A stretch of 48,501 nt of DNA, taken from NCBI GenBank assembly GCA_051942205.1, contig JAVECO010000068.1, forward strand, positions 62,001 through 110,501. The letters are read 5' to 3'. Every line of letters begins with the position of its first letter. The stretch's first letter is position 1. The position numbers and the translations under genes are program-made. The notes below the pieces were generated by a model. It ran no database searches. It was not told where the DNA came from and worked only from the letters and a program-made list of their open reading frames with translations. The DNA is from Coniocarpon cinnabarinum. Taxonomy: Eukaryota. Below are positions 34,997 through 48,384 of this stretch, piece after piece.

Positions 34997-37694
34997 AATT
35001 CATACGCCGACCAAGGCCCTAAAACCACGGGATATCAGGGAGCGCTATGGACGCTAAACTACGCCGACAAGCCACTAAAATTAGGTGTTTCACCCCAAAG
35101 ACTCCCGAAGCCCTTCTGTCTCCGATTTTGCTGCCACAAAATCCAGAGCAACGTGAGCCCGAAGAAGCCCTTGGTTTTTCAGCCGGGTAGATAAGGGTGA
35201 CGGTCCCTTTTTTCACCCTACTAAGCTGGACAAGCGCACGTGACATTCCTTTTCCTCGCCTCTTTTCCGCTCTGCTACTACTATTGCTACTAGCCGCCCA
35301 CCTAAATTCTTGGGAAGGGCTCGTGATATCGTCGTCGTATGGCAAGAGCAAACGCGGAGCGCTGTTGAAGCTCTTCTGCTAGATATGTCCCTATTACGCT
35401 GGCTTCTCTCCCCCTCTGGCGACCCCGACTTCGTCGGCCACGGGCTACAAGTATCTGATGAGGTATGTTCGCTCGTTCATATGGCAGGGTAGCAAGATCT
35501 AGTCAGAAAAAATCCTGATGATCGATCTCGACCCCGATATGGCTCGATCGTTCTGCTGCTGGGCAATGCATTGTTTTCCCAAGACCATGACTACGGGATT
35601 GTGGTGAGCAATCTTCCCTCGCATTTCAACGCAAGTCTCTACTAAGAAAAGGCCTGATGCATACTGGACCCGACAATATCAGCATCATGAGCTGGAATGT
35701 CTCACTTCGGAACCACTCCGCTGGATTTGATGACGCAGCTATCAAAATAAGGAGCCATGGCGCTGGTCGTCGATTATCAGTGTTTTTGGGGACGAAGTGC
35801 GCTGGCCGGAGATGCAAAACTTCCAAGACCAGGATGGCAGATCTGAGTGCGCACCTCCCCACAGCCACATGGAAGACGTTCTTGGATCTTCTGCCATCGC
35901 TTGCAACTTTGGCGAGGCGCAGGATGAACGTCTCACTTCTGCGCAACCGCTGCATCACGTGTCGACTCCTTTGGGAAGATGCTCCGTGGTCTGCTACTCT
36001 CATTGACCAAAGAGTGGCCTCCATTGGCAAAGCAAGCTAGCTTCATACCCCTTCTGAAGACAGCCGGGTCAGCTGGCATTGCTGAAGCGGTCACACATCA
36101 CGTGCATTCCTGTCCATCTGCGCTCATGTGCACGCACTTTCCCTGCAGTCTCTCGTCCCTGAGGCGCTGACATCCATCGATCCCTACGCCCCGTTACACG
36201 TTACCGTTTCATGGATGCCCACAGGGGCACATTCGAGGCTGGCTGCAAGGCCGCACGAACCGTTAAATTCTGAGACATTGAAATAGTAAAGGACTTCAAA
36301 GTCCACTGCGATACCGCCAACTTGGCGACCGGAAGCGAATCGGATGATAGCCAGGTTGCGTGACAGAGCAGCCAAATGAGCCTGTCAAGACGACTGGCTG
36401 TCCATGTCGCCGGCAGGCTTGGCCAGTGGCAAAACGCCGGGCACATATTTGCTACCCTGAGCATAGAAGGGCCAAATGGCCGGCTGTGGTTGAGAATAGG
36501 TCAGGAAATAGGGACAGCGGGCGTCCCCAGCATCTTCGTAGTAGTAGAACGGCGCCAGGATTAGGAGATGCCGCCCATTCCTGAGGCAAGAAGGGATCTA
36601 AAAAAAGCACGAGGCATGGTGAACGGTGCGTGCCGTCGAGGGAGCCTGTTTCAGGTTGTGCCTCTTGTTTGACACAGCTGAACTCTGTTATTTTATGTAC
36701 AAAAAAGGTTTTAGGTTTAGGAGGTGGAGCACACTGTGGACGTTCTCGAACGCTGGGGGCGACACTGTATGGGGACCGGCGTCCGCTAGGTGAGGCGGAC
36801 CGACGGGCACCGCGACGGACACCAAAGGACCACCACCGCCGCTGACCCTTGGGCGAATACCCGTAGCGCTCGACCTTATCGCGAACAAACTTTGGCCCAT
36901 GGTCAGACGTCCCTCTGGTCGTGTGACGGCCTTCGAGACAGTGTGCCTCTGTGTCTCCTTCACCACACCTTCCCCTCTTCCAGTGTTTCGCTTCTGGCAA
37001 GTTGGGCAGACGCGCCTCAGAAGGGGAGGAGCCCGGCGATCTGGGTCGTAGCCGCAGCTACTGCTCGACGTGCTCATCTCAGCAGCTTTTTTGCAATGCG
37101 ATTCGGGGCCCGCCGAGCCAAGTGCAGACAGCCGATCTCAATCAGCTGGCCCGACAGTCTGGCTCGCGCGAGGCTCGAAGCGGCTGGGGGTTTGTTGGGG
37201 CATTCGTGACAGCGTTGCTGTTGCGGCAATGCGTGGACGGTGTGATACAGACCACAGGAGCAGGCGCTGGCAAAGTATGCTTATCTGAACCTAATTTTTC
37301 CTCGTTCGACCGGCTTCAGCAGGGCTAGCGACTACAACGGTATGTATTCCAGTGAGGAATCCGACAGCTTGGGTCACTACCCACGTAGGGCGCTTGCAAC
37401 GGCAATCACGAAACAGCCAATTCCCGACGGCCTGCCTCACCTACAGCGCTTCACATCTCTGCAAAGATGGCTTCGTGATGTCACGACGGAGGCCCAATTG
37501 CGCTGCCGGCAAGGCTTCACGAACCGTGTGCTTGGGAAGGCTTCCAGATGTCCATTACCCAGAATCGTAAATTGACGCTTTTTTAGCCGACGCTCCCAAG
37601 CGATGTATCAGCAGCATTAGCGGGCACCGCATTCCCTGCGAACCCCACACTGCATCGCGTGCTTGTCTCAGGGCGGAGTGCTTCCGGTCGGTCA

Positions 37695-37701
37695 TATAAA
37701 A
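37695..37701 (+). promoter_or_regulatory. Putative TATA box of the Zn2Cys6 gene
   Basis: TATAAAA starts 87 bp upstream of ATG 37782. Confidence 0.5.
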
Positions 37702-37781
37702 GGGCTTTGCTGCGTCTCCAAGATGGGCGACCCAATTGCCCCTGACGGACTGATCAGTGCTTGTGGAGATGCCCATCAGTC

Positions 37782-40198
37782 ATGACAAGTCGACCTCAGA
37801 CGGATCGCGGAATGAAGAAAAGTGCATTTTCGTGTGAGAGGTGTCGGGAGCGTAAGGTTCGTTGGCATGACGACAGTGTCTCGGCGACGAAGTTCGTAGA
37901 CTGATTTTCCTCATCATTCTGCAGGTGAAGTGCGGAGGCCAGCAACCACGATGCTCTCGATGCATTGCCAGAGACGATGAATGCCAGTATAAACTGTGAG
38001 TTCCGCCGTAACCAAGGCCTCAACTGAGACGGCGTCTAATGAGGTCAGCAACCCTACTTTACTCTACACACAGCGGTTAGAAGCCAAAGTGAGAGAGCTC
38101 CAGTCACTCCTCGCAGATCAGACCCGCACACAGCAGGCCGCAGAATGGCCAGAAGAGTTCGATAACGCAACACGAAAACTACAAGAACAAGCTGTTGCTT
38201 CTCTCGAGAGCTTCGAAAGGCTTTCGATCAACGACAGCGGCTACGTGTCTTACCATGGACCCACCAGTGTTGCACATCTGCAACTGTCATCGCGCAAGAG
38301 CTCTGACAGTGACTACGTCCCCGAGAACGTCGCAGATTCTTTGGCCGAGACGGGAAGAGCAGAGCGACGCCAGCGCCTCGTAGCCAATGCCCTCATGCAG
38401 CGGACAGCGGAGCTCATGACCGACACCCACGTAAGTTCAAGCCAGAATTCCTAGCAACCGGTAGCTGAGACGCGTTGACAGGAGCCCTTCCAGTATCTCC
38501 TCCAGTACCTCCTTGATTTTCATTGGACTTGGATTCAACCTTTGTTCAACTTCGTATACCGACCAGCATTCACTCGTGAGGCACATGTTCCGTCCGAGAA
38601 GTGCAGTGAGCGAGACTGACGAGTTGAGCAGGTGACATGAAGGTAAATGGCTGGTACTATTCCCACGCGCTCTTGTCGGCCATTCTTGCACATTCGGCGC
38701 GATGGTGTCGCTTAGACCCTAACGTTGCGGAAGCCTTGCGACTGTATGAGAATGGTGGCCTGTTCTTTGAGCATTCTCGCACAGTCTTGCATGACGACCT
38801 GCGAGAGGGCAGAACCGGCATTCCGACGGTACAGGCTCTGCTGTTGGTAAGCGCTCAAGAGTGTGGGAAAGGCAACTGGACGCAGGCGTGGATGTACAGT
38901 GGCATAGCCTTCCGTCTGCTAGGCGATCTGGGCATCAATGTCGATGGGCGAAAGTACATGCGAGCTGTCAACTTCTCCGAAGAAGATATCGAGATCCGCA
39001 ATCGATTGTTCTGGAGCTGTTATTTCTGGGACAAGATCATTAGCCTATATCTGGGTCGATGTCCCCAGATCCAGTACTCGAATGTCTGCCCGCCGCAGCT
39101 CATGAGTGAGTGGTGTGCGTCAAGCAATGCGGAATGCAACTTCGAGGCTAACGTACTCGATAGTGGATGACTCTGCCGAGTATGAGTTGTGGAGCCCGCA
39201 ATCCGCGTCGGGGATGAAGCAAACCGACTACCCGCTGACCCCCGCGCATGCGATATCCTCGTTCATTTGGGTGTGTAAACTTTCGCAAGTGCTCAATGAA
39301 GTCCTCGTCCAGGTATACGATCCGATGAGGCACGCGCCCGACGGCATGTTCGAGTGCATCAAGAAGCAGAAGCAGGCCCTCTGCCAATGGCGAAGTGCAT
39401 TGCCAGACTTCTTAAGACTTGATATTGGCAACCTCCCCATGCACTGTCCTCCGAGTCATATTGTTACTCTGAAGTATGTGTCAGCACGTCCACGACTGAA
39501 ATTGTACCACCCTACTGACGGCTTTCAAACGTAGTTGCCTGTACCACACTACCAACATTTTGCTTCACCGACCCATGATTGCTGCTACCTGCGGCTGCAA
39601 ACAGACTCCGTCGTTTGGCTGCGAGGCGCTCAAAAGCTGCGCCATCTCGGCTTCAGCCATCTGCAAGATCTTTGATCTTTTTTGTCAAACGTTTGGAGCG
39701 GGCTATTGTGTCATGTCGCTGTGTTACGCGATTTACACGGCAGCGTCCATATTCCTGATCCAAGTCCAGACGGGCAACCACATAACGCCAGAAACATTCA
39801 GAGAGTTGCAGTATTGCATCCGAGCATTGAGAAAGGTGACGGCGGTCAACGCTGGTAAGACACCCCCCAACGTTTATGTGTGAATTTCCACCGCGTAATC
39901 ACAGAGGACCCTGAGATTCAGATGAAGAGCATGTGCTGACAGGTACCTTCGCCTAGCCTTCGAACGTGGCTTGCAATTGCTGCAAGACGAGCTCAACAAG
40001 CTAGGCATCAATATAGATGCGGACTTCGACCTACAGGGTACGGGGACACCCGGCAAGAAGTTCTCCATGCCTCGGGAGACTCCCGTGCCAGCCATGCTGG
40101 CGCCCGTGCCTGACCCGTCGAGTGAGCCTGCTCCGTTTGAATTTTGCGGCTTCGGCCCAGGCGATCCCCTGAATGCGGCAAGTTTCTGTCCGAATTGA
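37782..40198 (+). CDS. Zn2Cys6 (GAL4-type) transcription factor with fungal-specific TF domain (NirA-like), ~655 aa, 8 exons (37782-37856, 37925-37995, 38049-38430, 38482-38575, 38632-39105, 39164-39473, 39535-39854, 39957-40198)
   Basis: Spliced SCERCRERKVKCGGQQPRCSRCIARDDECQY, then YHGPTS, HWTWIQPLFNFVYRPAFTRDM, IPTVQALLL, AWMYSGIAFR, EIRNRLFWSCYFWDKIISLYLGR and ILLHRP. The 3' end is less certain. Confidence 0.92.
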
Positions 40199-43100
40199 CA
40201 AACGCTCGTGATGGAGCATCGCACAGGGCGAACCGAGGGTCGACTGAGGGACTGAAACATTCGGAGCCTGATAGGAGCGGAGTACACTCACCTGCATGCC
40301 ATCTGGCACTGCGTTACGATCCCGATACGTTCCGGTTTCCCCAGAGCGGCGACTTATATGCATGACATACCTTCTTACACATCTCTTATCAGCTTCTGAA
40401 CCCGGACAGCAGAGGCGCTGTCTCGATATGGGCAATTTTTGCCTCCATTGCTGCCCGTTGCTTGGACCATCCCGCTTCGTCTGACAGCGGCTAACGCCTG
40501 CTGTCATCTTGATCTTGCGTCTCCGCGGCAGCGCACGCGCGTTTGCCGAGGGTCGGCGCACCCTCCGACCTCCAAAGCATCCTACCCTCGACTTACCTGT
40601 GGGACAATCAGGTCTTGTCCCTCCTACCTCGATCCAAACTTCCAGTCATACTGTCCGAATTTCCTTGGAGTGCATACGCCACTATGCAGAAAAAAAGGCG
40701 AAGTTCCATTGGGCAAGGTCGCCCTAGAGGATGTCTAAGCATGTCGTCTATGATGTTACGAAATACAAAAGCTGATTTAGTCGGTCTGTACATTACGCAA
40801 CTTGTAATGAGCAATTCGTCTCGCCACAAACGTAGACTTTGATATCTCTCTTCATCATAATGTTGCGGACGCTGCATGTAGGCGTGTTCTTCAAGATATA
40901 TTTAGGGTGGATCATTGTGATGACATCGCTTCCCACAAAGGATACGAATCTTTCCTTGTGTACCTTCAGTATTGCTTTCGGCGTCATTGACAGATTTTGT
41001 GAGAATAGAGAGTCGTCAGTGAATATATGCACTGCCAAAGCAGCATGCGTGCAAAGCTCTTGGGCTGCAAGCCGTTCCGGCTGCATTCTGTTCCATTTTC
41101 TCAAGCATACTACGTACTCAAACAGCAAGGTTTATGAACCTTCATTCGTCTCACGACCGCCGAGAAAGGAGCCGCAAGACCTCCCGTACGGAAGGTTGCC
41201 CGTACCGAGTCGAGCTGACCCAGATTTTGTGATCGTGTGACAAGCTTTGCCCACCCAATCCATGCCCATCCGGACGTCCGCGAGGCCGAACCTGGAATGA
41301 AGGCGTCTCAGATCTGGGGAAAATACTAGGATGTTCGGACTCCGTTGTGTCATGACTCGGAGCTGTCTAGTCAAGGTGTCGTGTTGTCTGTCGAATACGC
41401 ATGTCGCGAAGGCCATTTGATGCAGGCACTCAAACAATGCACCGCATGCATCGAACAAGTCAAGGTCTCGCAGAGACTTGACGCTTCGCCTTCGCTGTCC
41501 TGCAACAGCAACGAGAAACCCGGGAATGCCTTGTCGTATGCAAGTCATAGTGCGTCGATCTGCGAACGCCTCCCCTTGCGTTATCAATGACACTTTGTCT
41601 GAGACAGCAAGGACGAACAATGTACTGCGTGGACAACGGAGAATGACTGCATGGTGTCTAAATCATGCCTGGAGCGCTAACGTTGAACAACGGTTCATCT
41701 CTACGAAGCATCTAGGAACATGGCCGCAGCCTACAAGATTGACACAGAATGTGTGCAATCTGACAGATTGCTGCTCCGAAACGTGAATTCGTATTCCCCG
41801 GCTGAGAAGGAAGAGCAATCACTGTGTGGACGCATGCAGGGAGCGGAACATGACAGGCAACAATTGAACTCGCGCTGTCGCATAGATGGAAGGCCAACGC
41901 TCTGCGATTCTACGAAAGGTCCTAGCGGCCCCGTTGTTCTTCCTCTCTGCACCTTCCACGAATGTGTTTGTTGAGCGCTACTTCCTTTTTCGAAGAGCTT
42001 TACGTCCAGCATTGCGAGACTACAATCGCAGAGAAGCATCAGCAGACACCAACTCATCATGTTGCTCATGCAGGGTTCACTTTCTATTCACCCGTTTCAT
42101 TCGACACCCATGCGCACTTTTGCTTTGTGGAAGCCTGTCTGGCATGTACTGATTGCATTTATCATCGGCATCGGACTTATTAAAAAGTCTCGCTCGGTTA
42201 GCGTCTCTTACACGTAGCCGTCAGTGTGAGCCAAGCGGATAGCGGGTGATGGCGACTGACCATCCCATTCTCCGCCACAATCTGCATTGCCAGGTCAGAG
42301 CAGAGGTCAGCCCTCCGGACACCACTGAACGCACTCTTACATCGACATTGCGCTTCAGCAATCATGGAAACATCTTATCTTCCTTCACGTTGTTGCGGAC
42401 GTTAGAAAATCTTTTTAAGACACGACATTATTTACAAATCGTTCACTTTCTTTCTTTCTAACGCCATCAAAAGCATCCATGATAGTACCATATAACACTC
42501 CGCACTCAAACAAGCTGCTCCAGCCCGTCGACATTTTCCAGGAGCAAGCCAGCAATTCCGGCAGTTCGTTCTACCCGCGCACGCAATTCAATGCCACCGG
42601 GTCAATCCGCACCTGAGTTCGCATTTCTAGAAGAACCCATAGCCAAAGACGACTCTGAGACCAAAGCAAAGACCACGGTCGGCACATCAGGAGAGAGCAA
42701 TGTCACACAGGCGTGGCTTGTCAAACGAAATCTCAGATCTGGTGTCGTCAACCTTGCGCGATCATCCACATGATATGCAATGTTTTGATACTTCTCTGAC
42801 AGCTCCAGATGCCCGTTGAAGTATGTAAAAGGTCTAACAAGGGTAACATCCTTGACGGCCTGTTTTGTGTCAGCATCGGCATGAACTCGGCATATCTTTG
42901 GATCGTTTTACTTGTGCTCTCAGGCACTACACTTAAACCTCGTTCGGACTCGAATTTCTGTCGGAGGGCCTGTGAGTTTCGGGCACTGGCGGATACGGCA
43001 TTTGTTCCCCGCCTGCATCCGAGAGAGCCCTGGCGGGAATTCGCTGTCACGGCGGTGGTGATCACTGCTGCTTCAGTCGCAGTTCAAGGATGTTACCTGC

Positions 43101-46100
43101 TCAAAAGCTGGATGCAGTCTGAGACTCAGGCAATGAGCAACAACTTATCCAAACAATTGCAGTTCAAAGCAGGCCGCCACGTGCCAGAGGTCGTCGAGGT
43201 ACTGCCACCGTGTCTACATTTGGAGTGACTAGCGTCAGAGGATTTTCCTGCAAAGTGCTTGCGCACGCACGCGTTTGCAAGGTCATCAACGCGCCCAGCA
43301 ACCCGAATCATCGAAAGCAAGACTATTTGGTGCGATCGACTTCTGGGTCATCCAGCCGATGTTGAAGAAGTTGGAGACCGCAAGGTCAAATCTGAGCAAG
43401 ATCGAGATTGTACCTGCACCTTGAAAGGAAATGGAAGCTTAATCATCTGCGCAAGGCCGGAGTACTGTCGTCGATAAGCGTCGTTCATTATGTGCACCGC
43501 GCTATCACATCAACGTGCGACTCTGCACGCCATTTGAATGCAATAAAATTGCAAGGTCTCAGCGATGGGATTAATCCACTGCCATTTTCGGTGGAGTATA
43601 CCAACTTTCAACCACTAACGATCGGCGTTCAAGTCGCAAACTTGTAGGCGCATGAGCTTTTCGTTATTCACGCAAGGTACAAATCGCTCTGCAAGACTCC
43701 ACATGACCACTCTTTTGCCAACATTTGCAGTAATATTCTCTCTGGCCTGGCTCGCACCTAGGAACCCAGGGCGTTACAAGACTTGAGCCCCGGAACTACT
43801 TGAGCGAGCCTAACAGCCTTTTGAAGCACAAGGCTGTTCAGCTTGAGCTGGGACTATGGAATGAAGACAACGCCGTCGCTTGCAGATGCATGAGGCAGAC
43901 TTCATCACCAACGCTGATCCAAGACGAAGGAGGCGACTGAATCAGCAAATGCAAAACTCACTGGTCGATGATAATACACGACTCACATACATATCACCCT
44001 TCCGATGAATCCGCTCAGATCACGTCTGACTCGCAGCTCAATCAGCAATCCAAACATCTTGGGTGATCGCCGCGAGCAGTCCTCTATCTACGATCCATGC
44101 ATCTTGGCCCCTAACAGAACAAGGATATACAGATCTCAACTTTTACTCGGACGCGCTTCCTTGCAGACAAGAAAGTGGGACGACGCTAATGGCGAATCTA
44201 CCATGTAATAAGTTCACTTATGCATATCCAACGTCCCATTCAACGCTCTTGCCGCTCTGTTTGACCTTGACCTCGAATCAAGGCTCGTATCTGGCGGCTG
44301 ATCGGAAAAACGCACCTGATCGATCCTTCGTCCCATTCCAAAACCATTCCTTGCCATATCTGGCAGGATCTTACTTCGGACACGAACTAACACCCTTGGC
44401 TCTGACACTCGAGCATGCCACGTAGACCGTCTCCACGTCTCGCGATTATCGATTTCTTGCAGCTTGGCCCAGAGACAAGACCAAGCATGGATGGCACGAC
44501 TCTCAAAGCATATCACCTTGCAGTCCAACGGGCGGCTAGCCATAAGAGCTGCGCCATCAGCAGAAGCAACGACTCATGCGGCTCTGTGGCTGTCTCATCT
44601 GGGTATGTATCTCAACACAGAGATTGCTTCCGCGACAATCCAGATTGTGTACCCCACTAAAGGCAACGTATCTTACGATCTGTGACGTGCGTCAATCTGA
44701 CCGGATCTCTTGCCGCATTCCCCTTTCTCGCTCGTTTCCGAAAGCAAGGATCACAGCCAATCACCGCACTCATCATATGGATCACATATTACTCGTCGTT
44801 GCGCTGTAATCAAACTCCGGGCGGGCTGAATCATATTCTGTATCGATGAGAGGGAGTCATCACCAACGTGCCGAGGTGTTGGTGCGAGCTAATGCGCACA
44901 CTATATGCACTTGCAGCAACAATTAGGTCGCTCAACAAGGATACGTGTGTGATTACGGAGTAAACAAGATTCACTCGTTCGAAACCCATGTCCAGATGAC
45001 CCAGCACATGATCTTCCGGTCACCTAGTTCTCGGCCGAGGCCTCTCTCACTAGGCCGAGACAGAAATGCCGGTGGCCACACTTACAAGCTGCTGAAACGG
45101 CTGCGACGGGCGAATTCTTATTCGTCAGCGTCGCCTGCCATGTGCATCTACGCCCCAGAAGTGGATTAGGGCTAATAGGAGGGCCGAATCCGCAACAAGC
45201 CGTTCCTGCATGCTGACTAGTCATCATCGATGTTGGGGGCGCGAATGCCAACGTCAGCCGTGGGGACCTGACTTGCATGGAACCTGCAGCGTCGTGTACT
45301 CGTGGCTGCCGTATCATTCGTCACTTTAGCGCTTTGAAGTGAGAATTATCGAAGCGTGGGCGTGGCGAAGAAGTCGTCGGACCATCTGCGAAGCCGCCTG
45401 CACAAACGCTTCAATCGTACGACTGTCACAGAGTCTTGCATTTCGGAGTGGATGAGATGTCACTTTAACGCAAGACCATGATTATCCAAAACGGAAATCT
45501 CACCTCCGCATGCATGCAAGTGCAGTTGCATTTTCGTTCGACTGCAGCCTACGTCAAATTGCTGCCGGATTCCTCGTCTCGGTGCTTTGATTACAGCTTG
45601 CGACAGTCACATCTGATAGGGACCATCACGCATTCTCGCTGTCTGCTGCCTCTGCCTCACCTCATGCCGTGAAACACTGTGGTCACACGACCAACTGCAG
45701 CATGGCGAATGCCGCGTCTTTCACTCGGTCATCCCGAGCAGAATCAGGCTGTCGTCGCTGGCATTCGGCACCTTGCACCCGGATACAGACCTGGACGCTC
45801 GTAAAGTCAAATTGGAGTTGATCCGAAATGCTGATCGAACGGAATGCACAACCGCACACGACTATGATAAATCCATGTATCGAAAACTTTTCGGGCGGCT
45901 GGTGAAATCTTCAGAAGGTCTTTTTCGCCTTCTCTCGCAGGAGCTGACAGGCGCTTTGGAGGCATTCAAGTCAGTCTTGTGGAATCAACATTGGTGCGGA
46001 CTCTGAGTCAATGTCCACTAGGGCTGTGGGCGGTGTTGAGATACAACCTATGACTGGAACACGACGACCGAAAACAAACACCGCTCGTTGTTAGTAGTGG

Positions 46101-48295
46101 AATCGCGATGTTGAACTGTGCTTATCTTTCTCCATCCCCAACCAACCTCGTCCGTCGGTATCCCGTACGGGGTGCCTGAAACAAGGCACCTGTGCACAAT
46201 CTCTGATTACGACATGGCCACGTCAGCGGACGATGCGAGGCGGCCGCTCACCGTTCTGGCTTGCTCTCTTGCTCGACATGATTTTGTTGCAAGTGCGATA
46301 GACCCTGATCCATGATCGAGAGAAGACTTCGGACGGTCTTTTGATAAGCGTTGAGGTACGGGGGTGATACCAGGACTGGTTAGTTAGCTAGCTACCCACC
46401 GCACCTAACACAGGGCGGTGGCGCCAGGAGAGCACAGAGCGCTCTTTCCTTCAGAAAAAAAGAGGGGTCATCATTTATCGAACGATGAATGCACTGTCAG
46501 CCTCAGATTGGGAATAACACCTACCGAAGCTACTGGTCCAGCCCAGTTGAGACGTCCCTTTTCGTGCCTTGAGATCTCGATGAGCGTGCTGGAATAGGGG
46601 AAACAGTGTCATCACGCAGACCCTGAATCCGCCCAATTTCGATTCTTGGCTTTCACTTCCTGACCCAAGCCACGCTGCTTCTCCCGTGGTACCGGATACT
46701 CACTGTCGGTGACCAAACGTCGCACAAGGAGGTCCTTTGCGGCTGGGCCGCTCGCCACATCACGTACCCAGGCTCATTCCGAAATGGATGAGTCGAGACG
46801 GAAAAGACCGAATGGGCGACGTCTCATACGGCGTGACTCGCGCCCAGTCTTTCCTCTGTGCGAGACCACGTGGGATTAGAATGTCGCGAAAGAATAACGG
46901 CGCCCCATACGCGTGACGACATATTGAGGATGTCTGGGAAAGTCATTGTTGTTAACGACGACTTCCGACCCCACGTCATTCAACGGTCCACACTGTCCGC
47001 CGTGTGTGGAGTGGTCGGATATCTTCCACAACGAACGGCATGTGACGGATGCGTCAAGGCGGTTCGCAGCATCGTATGTCGCCATCGTCGTGCTGCGGCC
47101 AGCTGAGGAAGGAAAACCTTATATCCTGGCTGCGAAACACACAGGACCCTTTGTTTTCCAGTGGCGCGTCGTCATTGAGCGCGAACGGGGCCTCCCGTCT
47201 GTGGGGGTTGGACGCCGCTGATGTCGACGTGACCGTTACCGTCAGCGCTTCCGCCGTGTTTTGATACCCCATTTCGCCGCGTTCTGGCCGGTCCGGTCCA
47301 GCCCATCCGCTCCTCGCCAACACCCCTCTTGACCGCCCATATGCCCGCGGACCGATAAAATCGAAAGAGGGGCACTGCCAGATGGGCGGGCTGCGCGTCA
47401 AGCTTATCTCAGAGCAAGCGCGGTGCGCGTCACGGCCTGCCAGGGGCGGAGGAGCGAAGACGCACCAGGTACGAGTAGGCGCGGCGGCTGCTACTGCTGC
47501 TGCTCGGCCATGTTCCGAGTGGAGACCAGCATTCGGCGTTTTCCCGAAAGCAGGAATAACGGTCAGCATCGTGTGGAGGTGGAGGGGGCACGGCGGGCGA
47601 GGATCTGGCGGAGAGAGGCCAGCGACGTTTCAGGCGGGTGGGGATACATAACAATCGACGCTTGTGCGCATCACTGCTGCAGCGGTGGACGACAGCGCTG
47701 CACGCTGCAGGCGACATTAGGCGCGCTCCAGGGAGACATTTATTGGTACAATCCCCCCTCCCCCCAGCGGCGACGGCGACGGCGACGCACAGTGAGTGGC
47801 CACGCTGCAGCGCCGGAGGGTTGCGAGTTGCCTGCTCGGGCAAGTATTTGGCGCACGTGCGCGTCGACCTCGTCCACGAGCGCCTCGGTGCTGCTGCGGC
47901 CATTTGCTGGTATCGTGCTGTTCCGGGTAGAGGCTGGTGAGTGGCCGATGATGGCGGACTGGCTGGCTGGCTGCCTGAGTGACCTGCCTGAGCGACTGAC
48001 GGAGTTGTAGCGTCGTGGCCCTACTCCGTGGTGGATCTCTGCAATAGCGGTGCGCGATCCGAATCACGTAACCGTGCTGCACACTGCTGCACTGCGCACT
48101 GCTGCAGACTGGACAGCACCGCACCGCACTCGACGACGACACAGACCGACAAACCACAGATCCTCACCCACACGGCGCGAGAGAGCGGTCAACACCCCGA
48201 CCTGTGCCTGGTCTGTCGTCTCTCTGCGCCGGCTGCCTCGTCCGCCTCTCGACATCGACGTCCGACATCCGACATCGAAATCCATCCCTACCAGA

Positions 48296-48384
48296 CCTAT
48301 ACCTACCTGACCTGACCTGGCCTGGCCTGGCCTGGCCTATCATCCATCCATCCATCCATCCATCCACCCATCCACCCATCCACC
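48296..48384 (+). repeat. Compound microsatellite: CCTGA/CCTGG pentamers grading into (CCAT)n/(CCAC)
   Basis: Read directly from the sequence. A CT-rich tract follows at the window end, consistent with the leader of a downstream gene. Confidence 0.9.

Noticed and set aside
36700..36725. TTTTAGGTTTAGG as telomeric repeat or telomerase RNA template
   Set aside because: Not TTAGGG repeats. I saw no TAACCCTAA/TTAGGGTTA template in the window.
46775..46850. Hammerhead-like GATGAGTC..GGAAA with nearby stems
   Set aside because: Lacks the invariant CUGANGA and GAAA-stem-UH arrangement.
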